NCBI GenBank assembly: GCA_963783385.1
Contig: CAWANJ010000001.1
Span: forward strand, 1-64,000
Source: an uncultured Gemmatimonadales bacterium
GTDB lineage: Bacteria > Gemmatimonadota > Gemmatimonadetes > Palauibacterales > Palauibacteraceae
Length of the DNA stretch: 64,000 bases
Reading direction: 5' to 3'
Shown: in pieces, positions 24,096 through 33,531 of the stretch
How the letters are laid out: every line of letters starts with the position of its first letter
Position numbering within the stretch: the stretch's first letter is position 1
Notes under the pieces: generated by a model
What the model saw: only the letters and a program-made list of their open reading frames with translations
What the model was told of the DNA's origin: nothing
Databases searched by the model: none
Program-made: the position numbers and the translations under genes

Positions 24096-25817
24096 ATGAT
24101 CGAGCCGACCGTCGCGCCGCCCCGAATCCTCATCGTCGAGGATGAGCCGGAGCTCAACGAAGACACGGCGCGAGCCCTGTCCGAGCTGAGCTACGAGGTC
24201 GTCGGTCAGGCCCTGACGGGTCAGGAGGGCATCGAGGCCGCCCGCCGGCTCCGCCCGGACCTGGTGCTCATGGACGTACGCCTCCCGGGCGCCATGGACG
24301 GCCGCGACGCGGCGCGGCTCATCGACCGGTTCTTCGGCATCCCGATCATCTTCGTGACCGGGATCAGCGCGCCCCAGGAGATGCGGCGCATCATGCTCAC
24401 GGCCCCGTACGGGTACGTGCTCAAGCCCTTCGGACACCGCGAGCTGTTGGCGGCCGTCGAGCTCGCGCTTCAGCGTTGGGGTTCGGAGCAGCTGCACCGC
24501 GAGCGCGAAGACTGGTTCGAGCGCATCCTGGAGCGCCAGCGCAACATCGTCGCCGTCCTGGACCGGTCCGGCATCGTGGACTACGTGAACCCGCCGGTGC
24601 AGGAGGTGCTGGGCTGGCCTCCGGAGATGGTCATCGGCCGGGACCTCCTGGAGCTGGCCCATGCCGAGGACCACGAGCGGCTGGGCGAGGCGATCGCGAG
24701 CGCTTTCGCCGAGCCCGAGGGGCTGCTCGAGGTGGAGGGACGCCTTCGGACGGAATCGGGCGAGTGGCGACGTCTGCGCTTCGGAGGGCACCGGGTCGAG
24801 AGGGGGATCGGGGACCGACGCAAAGGAAACCGGCGGACGAGTGTCCGACTGGTGGTCGACGCCCGCGAGGTCACCGAGCAGGCGAGCGGGCGAGCGGGCG
24901 CGAGCCGCGCCGAACAGGAGTGGTACCCGCGGCTGTTCGACGACATCGTGGCCGGAGCGTTCCGAGTTTCGGAGTTGGGGGAGATCCACGACGCGAACCA
25001 GGCGCTGGCCCGCATGCTGGGGTACGATTCGCGCCAGGCGCTGATGCGGCAGCCCGCTTCCCGGCTCCTCCCCGACCGTCGGACCCGAGCCCGACTGCTC
25101 GCGGCGCTACGCAGGGAGCGGTCCCTGACCAACGTGGAGATACGCCTGGCGTCCCGGGACGGCGACGACGTGTTCGGCCTCCTGGCAGCCCACCTGGTCC
25201 GTCCGCCGGGCGCGGCCGAGCCATTCGTGATCGGCACCATCATGGACATCAGCGAGCGCAAGCAGCTGGAGCACGAGCTCGAGCACCTCGCGTTCGAGGA
25301 CCCGCTCACCGACCTGGTGAATCGCCGCGCCGTCGGCCAGATCGCCGACCGATACCTGGCCCTGGCGCGACGACGAAGCAGCCTCGTGGGCCTGATCTAT
25401 CTGGACCTGACGCGGTTCAAGGAGATCAACGACCACCTGGGCCATGCCGCGGGCGACCAGGTGCTCAGGGAGGTGGCTCGCCGCCTGAAGCTCGGAGCCC
25501 GGGAGACGGACGTCGCCTGCCGCCTCGGCGGCGACGAGTTCCTGGTGCTTCTCCCCGACATCTCGACCGCGGACGACGCCGTGGAGATCGCGCGCCGCGT
25601 GGAGATCGAGCTCGACAGTCCCGTCCCGGTGGGCGTCTCCTGGATCAAGGTCTGTGCCGACATGGGCGTGGCGGTGTACCCGAATCACGGTCTCGACTTC
25701 GAGGAGCTGCTGAGAGCCTCCGACCACGCCATGTACCGGGCCAAGGCGAGCCGGCGCGCGGGTGTCGGGTGCCAGATCGCCGTCGCCGGCCACGGAGAAG
25801 CACCGCCGGTGACCTGA
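24096..25817 (+). CDS. REC-PAS-PAS-GGDEF diguanylate cyclase
   Basis: ILIVEDE, DLVLMD, KPF; DPLTDLVNRR; RETD I-site followed by RLGGDEF. Confidence 0.92.
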   Translation: MIEPTVAPPRILIVEDEPELNEDTARALSELSYEVVGQALTGQEGIEAARRLRPDLVLMDVRLPGAMDGRDAARLIDRFFGIPIIFVTGISAPQEMRRIMLTAPYGYVLKPFGHRELLAAVELALQRWGSEQLHREREDWFERILERQRNIVAVLDRSGIVDYVNPPVQEVLGWPPEMVIGRDLLELAHAEDHERLGEAIASAFAEPEGLLEVEGRLRTESGEWRRLRFGGHRVERGIGDRRKGNRRTSVRLVVDAREVTEQASGRAGASRAEQEWYPRLFDDIVAGAFRVSELGEIHDANQALARMLGYDSRQALMRQPASRLLPDRRTRARLLAALRRERSLTNVEIRLASRDGDDVFGLLAAHLVRPPGAAEPFVIGTIMDISERKQLEHELEHLAFEDPLTDLVNRRAVGQIADRYLALARRRSSLVGLIYLDLTRFKEINDHLGHAAGDQVLREVARRLKLGARETDVACRLGGDEFLVLLPDISTADDAVEIARRVEIELDSPVPVGVSWIKVCADMGVAVYPNHGLDFEELLRASDHAMYRAKASRRAGVGCQIAVAGHGEAPPVT

Positions 25818-25927
25818 CCGGGCGGGAGCGCGCCCGGCGCTCCCCGCGCCCGGCTTTCCCGCCACTCCCCCCCGTCGCATGTTGCTTCTCCGGTCGGTCC
25901 TTGCTCCGGTCCTCCAGGGGAGTCGCC

Positions 25928-28131
25928 ATGCACACGCTCGCCCGCGTCCTCGTGGTCACCACGGCCACCTTCGCGCTCGCGCCGGCGCCGGCCACCGCCC
26001 AAGCCGACGCCCGCCACCCCTCCGCGCAAGAGCTGGCCCGGTGGAAGCGGGAGGCGGCCGACGTCACCATCACCCGCGACGACTGGGGCATCGCCCACGT
26101 GCACGGCAAGACGGACGCGGACGCCGTGTTCGGCATGGAGTACGCCCAGGCCGAGGACGACTTCAACCGGGTCGAGACCAACTATATCAACGCCATGGGC
26201 CGCCTGGCCGAGACCGAGGGCGCCTCGCAGATGTGGCGCGACCTGCGCATGAAGCTGTTCATCGTCCCCGACTCGGCCAGGGCCCAGTACGCGCGCGAGC
26301 CCCGAGTGGCTCAGGACGCTCATGGACGCGTTCGCCGACGGCCTCAACTACTACCTGTACACGCACCCACGGGTGCACCCGCGCGTCATCGACCGCTTCG
26401 AGCCATGGATGGCCCTCACCTTCACCGAGGGCTCGATCGGGGGCGACATCGAGATGGGCGTGGACCTCCGGGATCTGGCGGCGTTCTACGGCGACCCCAC
26501 GGTCGCCATGGCGACGCCATCGTGGCGCCGGGAACCCTCGGGCTCCAACGGGATCGCCATCGCCCCGAAGAACACGCTGAACGGGCACGCGCTCCTCTAC
26601 ATCAACCCGCACACCTCCTTCTACTTCCGCTCCGAGCTCCAGATGTCCAGCGACTCGGGCTGGAACGCGTACGGCGCGGTGACCTGGGGCCAGTTCTTCA
26701 TCTACCAGGGCTTCGACCGCACGGCGGGCTGGATGCACACCTCCAGCGAGGTCGACAACATCGACCAGTTCCTGGAGACGGTCCGCAAGCGGGGCGGCGG
26801 CTGGCAGTACCTGTACGGCGGGAAGTGGTACCCGGTCAGGACCCGGACCATCACGGTGCCCTACCGCACCGACCACGGGATGAAGAGCCGCACGTTCACG
26901 GCCTACTACACGCGCCACGGGCCGGTCATCGCGCGCCAGGGCGACCGGTGGATCTCGATCAGCCTCATGCAGAAGCCGATCGAGGCCCTCATCCAGGACG
27001 TGACGCGCACCAAGGTGAAGGACCTGGCCGACTTCCGGAAGACGATGGAGCACCACACCAACTCCTCCAACAACACCGTGTTCGCCGACGCCGAGGGGCA
27101 CATCGCCTACTTCCACTCCAACTACATCCCGCGCCGCAACGACACGTTCGACTGGAGGAAGCCGGTGGACGGGAGCGACACGGCCACCGCCTACCACGGC
27201 GTCCTGTCCCTCGACCAGAGCCCCAACGCCATCGACCCGGCCGACGGGCTGGGTGTTCAACTCCAACAACTGGCCGTGGTCGGCCGCCGGCCCCGACAGC
27301 CCCAGGCGCGGGGACTACCCCACCTACGTGGACCGGGACCGCTACGAGAGCCCGCGCGGCCTGCACGCCCTCCGGCTCCTGGAGGGGAAGCCGCACCACT
27401 ACACCATCGAGTCGCTGACCGCGGCCGGCTTCGACAGCTACCAGCCCTGGCTGGCGGTCACGGTCCCCTCGCTGGTGAAGGCGTGGGACGCGCTGCCCGC
27501 CTCGGCCGCCCTCAAGACGAAGCTGGCCCGGCCGATCACGCTGCTCCGGAGCTGGGACTACCGGTGGGGGATCAACTCGGTGCAGACCTCGCTCGGGGTC
27601 TACTGGTACTACGCGCTGGCGCGGTCCATGTACGGGGGAGCGCGCCCCGACACCGTGGCCCCGCGCGACTGGGTGGCCCACGACGTGGCGCCCGACTCCC
27701 TGCTCGCCGCGCTGTCGACGGCCATGGACCGGCTCACCTCGGACTTCGGCACCTGGCAGATGCCGTGGGGCGACATCAACCGCTTCCAGCGGCTCGACGA
27801 CTCCATCCGGCCCCACTTCGACGACTCGAAGCCCTCCATCCCGGTCCCCTTCACCTCCTCGCGCACCGGCTCCCTGGCCTCGTTCGGGGCGCGCCAGTAC
27901 GACACGAAGAAGTGGTACGGAAACTCGGGGAACAGCTTCATCGCCGCGATCGAGTTCGGCGACAGCGTCCGGGCCCGCGGGATCACGGCAGGCGGCGAGA
28001 GCGGCGACCCCGAGTCGCCCCACTTCGTCGACGAGGCCGCCCGCTACGCCAGCGGCAACCTGCGGGTCATCTACTTCTACCCGGCCCAGCTCGAGGGCCA
28101 CACCGAGCGGGTGTACCACCCGGGGGAGTAG
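25928..28131 (+). CDS. Penicillin acylase family protein (GL-7-ACA/AHL acylase-like), two frameshifts
   Basis: RDDWGIAHV, YAQAEDDF, GSNGIA, INPH, NSSNN and GGESGDP; frame changes near 26295 and 27250. Confidence 0.88.
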
Positions 28132-28135
28132 TCCC

Positions 28136-29353
28136 TCAGATCGAGTCCGCCGGCAGCACCCGGTAGCGGGCCGACATCCCGCCCACCATGTGATCGGCGA
28201 AGTGGCAGTGCAGGATCCGAATGCCCGGGTTGTCGGCCACCATGTCGGCGGTCTGCATGAGCAGCGGGCCGCCCATGTCCAGCACGTCCTTCCGGTGCCC
28301 GCCCACCACCAGCGTGTTGCCGTGCCAGTGCGGCGTGTGGAAGTCGTCGAAGCCGGTCCCGGTGAACACGTACCAGCGCACGCGCTCCCCCTCCCGCATG
28401 GTCAGGGAGGCGAGGGGGAGGTTGCCGTACATGAGGCCGTTGATCGTCTGGTAATTCAGGTTGTAACGGGTCCTGAACAGGCGCGGGCCCTTCGGGCCCA
28501 CCCGGACCGTGTCCCCCGTGTAGCGCTTCAGGTTCTCGGCCGTGAAGTGCGTGGTGTTCTCGTCGAAGCTCGCCGAACATGGTGACGAACTCTCGGTCCA
28601 CGTCCTTCGGGGAACCGTCGGGACGCGCCATGCCGCGTCGGGTCACGAGGATCGGCCCGATGAGCCCGGAGTGCACGTCCTCGAGCTCCTGCGTGTGGGA
28701 GTGGTAGACCCACACGATCGAGCTCGGGTCCCCGGCGGCCGGGCCGGCCCGCTCCGGGATGGGCCACACGTAGCGGTGCGTGCCGCCGGGCGGCACCTGG
28801 TCGTCCTCCTTGGCGGCGCCGGACGTGCCGTCGCTGTACAGCGCGCCCTCGTTCGCCTTGTCGTAGAACACCCCGTGCGGGTGCATGCTGGCCGGGAAGT
28901 GCGTGTGGTTGCGGAACACGACCACGATCGTGTCGCCCACCGCCCCCCGCAGGGCCGGGCCCAGGATCCCCAGGTGCTTCCACCTGTCCGGCCGGGGCTC
29001 GAGCGCCGCGAAGGTCGAGTCCGTGTACTCGTGGTAGACGGCCTTGCGGAACACCTTCGCGATCAGGGGCGGAGCGTTGGCGATGCCGAGGTCCTCCTTC
29101 GGCAGCGGCCGCCCCATGGTGAGGTCGCTGTCGGCCGGCGCGTAGTCCCAGTCCACCTCGTCGGCGGCGACGTAGTACGTGCGGGTGACGCCGTGCGGGG
29201 CGGCTTCTCGGGAAACGGGGGCGCACGAACCGAGAACGGCGGTCGCGGCCAGGGCGAGGAGCGCGAGGGCCGGGGTGAGGAGCGTCGGGCCGACGAGGGT
29301 CGGACGCGGGAGGGACAGGACGCACCCGCGCGCGGGAGCGAGAGTCCCAGCAT
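28136..29353 (-). CDS. Two-domain multicopper oxidase, ceruloplasmin/hephaestin-like (copy 2), frameshifted
   Basis: RTYYVAADEVDWDYAP, HLGILGP, MHPHG, YHSH; then HTPHWH and HCHFADHMVGGM; frame change near 28570; lipobox VLGSC; start uncertain. Confidence 0.85.
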
Positions 29354-29436
29354 GGCGGACGCCTTTGGGAGAAGGGGGGGGGAGCGCCCCCGGTGGGGGC
29401 GGAAGTGCGCACAATGGACGCGATTTCCGGGCAGCG

Positions 29437-30809
29437 TCAAGGCCCGCGGGGCGGGGCGCGGCCGGACCCGCCGGTCGCCCGGCCGGCTCGAGGGCCGCGT
29501 GGCGCTCGCCGCCGAGTCTCCCTGCACCGCCAGGTCCCGAACCACCCCCGCCATCGGGTCGTCCGTCCTCGCCTTCGCCGTGTCCGCCGGCACCACGCCG
29601 TCCGCGGGCAGCACCCGGTAGCGGGCCGACATGCCGAGCGCGGCATGGAGGTCCATGTGACAGTGGTAGAGCCACGTGCCAATGTCGTCGGGCACCATGT
29701 CGGCCGTCACCATGGTGAGGGGACCGCCCAGGTCGACGACGTCCTTCCGTGTCCCGTGAACCAGGACCGTGTTGCCGTGCCAGTGGGGCGTGTGGCTGTC
29801 ATCGAAGCCGCTGGCCGCGAACACGTACCAGCGCACGTGCTCGCCCTTCTTCATGGTGAGGGAAGAGACGGGGAGGTTGCCGTACATGAGCCCGTTGATG
29901 GTCAGGAAGAGCTCCGCCGTCTGGCCGTGCCACCGGATGGGGCCCCTGGGCCCCGATCCCCGTCGTGTCCCCCGTGTAGCGCTTCATGTTCGCCCCGAAA
30001 TAGTGCGACATCGCGGGCCCGTCGTAGGGAGCTGGCCCCAGCGCCCGCGGCCCCTCCCACAGCGACGCGAACATGGTGACGAACTCGCGGTCCACGTCCC
30101 GGGGCGAGCCGTCCGCGCGCGCCATGCCCCGGCGGGTGATGATGAGCGGGCCGATGAGGCCCGCGTTCACGTCGGCGGGCTCGTCCACGTGCGAGTGGTA
30201 GACCCACAGGACCGAGCTCGGGTCGTCGGGCCCCGGGCCCGCCCGTTCCGGGACCGGCCACACGTAGCGAAACGTGCCGCCCGGCGGGACCGAGTCGTCC
30301 ACGTGGTTCGCCGTGCCCGTGCCGTCGTCGTACAGCGCCCCCTCGTTGTGCTTGTCGTAGAAGACACCGTGCGGGTGCACGCTGGCCGGGAAGTCCGTGT
30401 TGTTCTTGAACCATACGACGATCGTGTCGCCGACCGCGCCCCGGATGACCGGCCCCAGGATGCCCAGGTGCCTCCACTTCGCCGGTCGGGGCTTCAGCTT
30501 CGTGAAGGTCGAGTCCGTGTAGGCGCGGTAGATGGCCTTCAGCATCACCCGGGCCTGGGCGTGCACCTTCCCGGACGGGTCCACCATGGCGAAGTCCGAC
30601 TTCGCCAGCGGCTTGCCCATGCCGAGCGTCAGGTCCTTCCCGGTGGGCGCGTAGTCCCACAGCACCGGATCGGCCGCAATGTAGTAGGTCCGCCGGACTC
30701 CTTTCGGAGGGGGCGGGGCGCAGCGGGCCGTGGCGGCCAGGAGAACGGCGGCGGAGGCGAGAAGGCGGGCAGGGCGAGACGTCGAGCGCGGCGTCGGACG
30801 GGGCCTCAT
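29437..30809 (-). CDS. Two-domain multicopper oxidase, ceruloplasmin/hephaestin-like (copy 1), frameshifted
   Basis: RTYYIAADPVLWDYAP, VHPHG, YHSHVD, HTPHWH and HCHMDLHAALGM; frame change near 29950; 3' end uncertain. Confidence 0.85.
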
Positions 30810-30871
30810 GTTCCCTCCAGGGCGTGAAACCGGCCACGCGCCCGCTCCATAGGTCGGGATACGCGCGGCGA

Positions 30872-30900
30872 CCCAACGTGAAGTCTCGGTACACGTTGGG
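30872..30900. promoter_or_regulatory. Inverted repeat in a divergent intergenic region
   Basis: CCCAACGTG-N11-CACGTTGGG, about 60 bp upstream of the MCO start. Confidence 0.4.
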
Positions 30901-30957
30901 CAAGACCACGATCGTAGTCGGAGTCGTCGAGAGCTCCCTCGACCCGCAGAGATCGCC

Positions 30958-31777
30958 ATGCGCCCCGCCCCGCTCGCCGCCCTCGTCGGCCTCGCGCTCG
31001 TCCAGGCGCCGCCATCCCCCCGGCCCGCGGCCGCGTCCGACACGATCCTCGCCGGCACGTGGGCCGGCGGCAGCGAGGCCATCGAGCGGGCCTTCTACGC
31101 CCTGCCGGTCGGGTCCGACCGCTACCTGACCTCCGGCTCCGTGGTGCGCGCCCTGTCCCGGGACGAGATCCTCTCCCTGGAGCGGGACGCCGACGGCCGG
31201 GTCACGGGCGTGCGGCTGGAGAGCCCCGGGTTCGCGCCCCGCACGGCGCGCCGCCGGCCGGGGGCCGCGCAGCGGATCGCCCAGCGGACCGCACCCGGCC
31301 GTGGCCCTGGTGAGCGGCAGCGGCCCGGCCCGCACCGGCATGAGCGGACACAGCCAGGGGGGTTGGATCGTGCCGCTGGCCGCCGCCCTCCGGGCCCGAA
31401 AGGCGCCGTGGGGCGGGCTGGTGGCCCCCCTGTTCGTGCCGGACTCCCTGGCCTGGACGTTCATGCGCTCCCTGCGGGACTTCGATCCCATGGCCGCGCC
31501 CTCCCGGCTCCGGATGCCCACCCTGGTGGTGCTGGGAGACCGGGACGACGAGGAGCCGTGGAAGCGCAGCCGGGCCCTGTGGGAAGAGGCCTTCCGCGCC
31601 GCCGGGAACCGGGAGGGCCGCATCGTGGTCCTGCCCGGGGCGGCCCACTCGGAGGCCATCCGTCGCTGGCTGGCCGGGCTCCGGGTGATCCGCGCTCAGA
31701 CGCCGCCGAGCAGGCGCCCCAGCAGCAGCCCGATCACGGTGGCCACCAGCAGGCTGGTCAGGGTGCCGACCAGGTAG
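30958..31777 (+). pseudogene. Alpha/beta hydrolase remnant with internal deletions
   Basis: Signal peptide at 30958; in another frame GHSQGG nucleophile elbow, PTLVVLGDRD and PGAAH; far too short between motifs, and the 3' end overlaps the convergent gene. Confidence 0.55.
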
Positions 31778-32427
31778 TACTCGGCGAAGCGCCGCTCCTT
31801 GAGCTCCTCGAAGCGGGCGATCGACTTGGCCGTGAGGAGGAGGACGGCCGCGGCCCACTGCCCGTACAGGACGAGGAACAGCATCAGCGTGCGCTCCAGC
31901 ATCCCGATGAGCCGGCCCGCGCCCGGGTAACCGGACATCCGGTCCGGCGGCAACAGGTCCAGCACCCCCTCCACCACCGCGCTGCCGCCGGTGGCGTTGA
32001 ACGCGAACGCCGCGGCCAGCCCCACCACCGCCGTCCACGTCCCGAGCTGGGCCGGCGACAGCCACCGGAGGGCCGGGAGGGCGCCGGCACCGACCAGGAG
32101 GAGCCAGCCGCCCACCACCACGGCCACGTGCACCGCCTGGTCGAGGAGGAAGGCCGACAGCCGGGCGGGCCGCCCCCGGGTCACCACCATCTTGATCCGG
32201 TCCACCCCGACGTGGACCACTGCGATCCCGGCGGCCACGCCCGCCACCGGCAGCGACAGGAGCGGCAGGAGCGCCAGGAGGTGGGCGCCCAGCACCGCCA
32301 TCCCGTGGCCCGCGTAACCGATCCCGCGCCGCTTGGCCTCCACGGCCGCCCGGGTCTGGAACAGGAAGTCCGCCAGGAAGTGCCCCGCCAGGAGGAGGAC
32401 GAGGAGGTCGGCCGCCCGGGCGCTCAC
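31696..32427 (-). CDS. DUF3307 membrane protein
   Basis: GHFLADFLFQT, HVGVD, LLDQAVH, GRLIGMLER, KSIARF and EYYLVGTL; GTG start overlaps the satD stop. Confidence 0.85.
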   Translation of the reverse strand: MSARAADLLVLLLAGHFLADFLFQTRAAVEAKRRGIGYAGHGMAVLGAHLLALLPLLSLPVAGVAAGIAVVHVGVDRIKMVVTRGRPARLSAFLLDQAVHVAVVVGGWLLLVGAGALPALRWLSPAQLGTWTAVVGLAAAFAFNATGGSAVVEGVLDLLPPDRMSGYPGAGRLIGMLERTLMLFLVLYGQWAAAVLLLTAKSIARFEELKERRFAEYYLVGTLTSLLVATVIGLLLGRLLGGV

Positions 32428-33173
32428 GTGGTCCTCATGGAGGCGCGGGCCCGGGCGGCGGCCTGCCCCGCCGCTCCGCTCGCCGCTCCGCCCGCCGCGC
32501 CCCCTGCCGAACCCTTGGCCGCCGCCTTCCCGCCATACGCGGCCAGGAGGGCGCGGGCCGCCTCCTCGGCCTCGAGCACGTCGTGCACGTGGGCCCGGGA
32601 CAGGGTGCGGCTCACCGTCGTCTCGTCGCGGCCGAAGCGCTCCGCCACCTCGCGCTGCGTGGCGCCCCGGAGGGCGCGCACGTAGGCGAACTGGGTGTCC
32701 GTCCAGCCGGCGCGCAGGACGCCGAGCAGACGGAAGAGCCCCGACAGCACCCGGTCGTCCACCTCCGAGAAGCCCCGGACCCGGAGCCACACGCCCCCGT
32801 CCGCCGCCGCCTCCACGGCGGCCCGGGCGCGGTGGAAGCACGGCCCGTCCATCGCCGACACGTCGTCGGACCGGTCCGTGCTCACGGGGCCGCGCCCCAG
32901 GCCCCACGCCAGCCGCGCCGGGCGCAACGCGTCGGAGAGGCGCGTCACGAGGTCGACCGCCACGGCCGGGTCGGCGAGCAGCGCCTGGACCTCGTCGCCG
33001 GTGGTGAGCCGCAGCGCAGCGGCCAGGTCGTCTCCATGATCACGGTTGAAGTCGTCCACCGCCTCCAGCAGCCGGCGCTGTACCGCGGCCCGGTCCGGGA
33101 GGGACCGGGACTCCACGATGTCGCCGATCACAGCGATCGGATGGGTGGGGCCGCTGGCTCGTCCTCCCGGCAT
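32424..33173 (-). CDS. satD: SatD family protein (cyclase-like N-domain and C-terminal HTH)
   Basis: IGDIVESR, TTGDEVQ, DGPCFHRAR, WT..Q, TQREVAERFG...VSRTL. Confidence 0.85.
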   Translation of the reverse strand: MPGGRASGPTHPIAVIGDIVESRSLPDRAAVQRRLLEAVDDFNRDHGDDLAAALRLTTGDEVQALLADPAVAVDLVTRLSDALRPARLAWGLGRGPVSTDRSDDVSAMDGPCFHRARAAVEAAADGGVWLRVRGFSEVDDRVLSGLFRLLGVLRAGWTDTQFAYVRALRGATQREVAERFGRDETTVSRTLSRAHVHDVLEAEEAARALLAAYGGKAAAKGSAGGAAGGAASGAAGQAAARARASMRTT

Positions 33174-33191
33174 GAACGCCCCCCGTCGATC

Positions 33192-33292
33192 CGCATTGAA
33201 GAATACAAGTGAGCACTACTTGTACGAAATTGTACACCACGATCGGATGCACGTCAAGGTACATGACATGGCGAGTTGTATATATAAGTACA
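33192..33292. promoter_or_regulatory. Array of four TGYA-N8-TACA boxes with about 28-bp period
   Basis: CGCAttgaagaaTACA at 33192, TGTAcgaaattgTACA at 33221, TGCAcgtcaaggTACA at 33248, TGTAtatataagTACA at 33277. Confidence 0.7.
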
Positions 33293-33332
33293 ACTGGACT
33301 GTGGGGGAGGAGGGGGCTCTCTTTCGGGCCCA

Positions 33333-33392
33333 TGTCAAAGATTGTCAAAGAATGACAATCTCTGCCAAAGATGGACAAAGCTGGACATTCGG
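33333..33392. repeat. Six degenerate 10-bp tandem repeats
   Basis: TGTCAAAGAT TGTCAAAGAA TGACAATCTC TGCCAAAGAT GGACAAAGCT GGACATTCGG. Confidence 0.8.
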
Positions 33393-33531
33393 CGCCGAAG
33401 AGCCCTCCGCGCCCCCCGGCCCCTCCTCGACCGGAACGCCCCACCGTCCGGTACGCCCGCGCGCGGCGCCGGAGGGGCCGCACCGCGCCCCGCCGCGGAG
33501 CCGCGCTGCCGGGCTCGGGCGCTCGGCCTTT

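Noticed and set aside
28136-30809. Multicopper proteins as the nitrite reductase NirK, or as a single four-domain fusion
   Set aside because: The T1 Cys is in domain 2 and trinuclear-cluster His motifs are present, unlike NirK. Copy 2 has its own lipoprotein-like signal, which argues for separate genes.
33192-33392. Repeat arrays as a CRISPR array
   Set aside because: The units are short and degenerate, there are no 30-40 bp unique spacers, and no cas genes are present.
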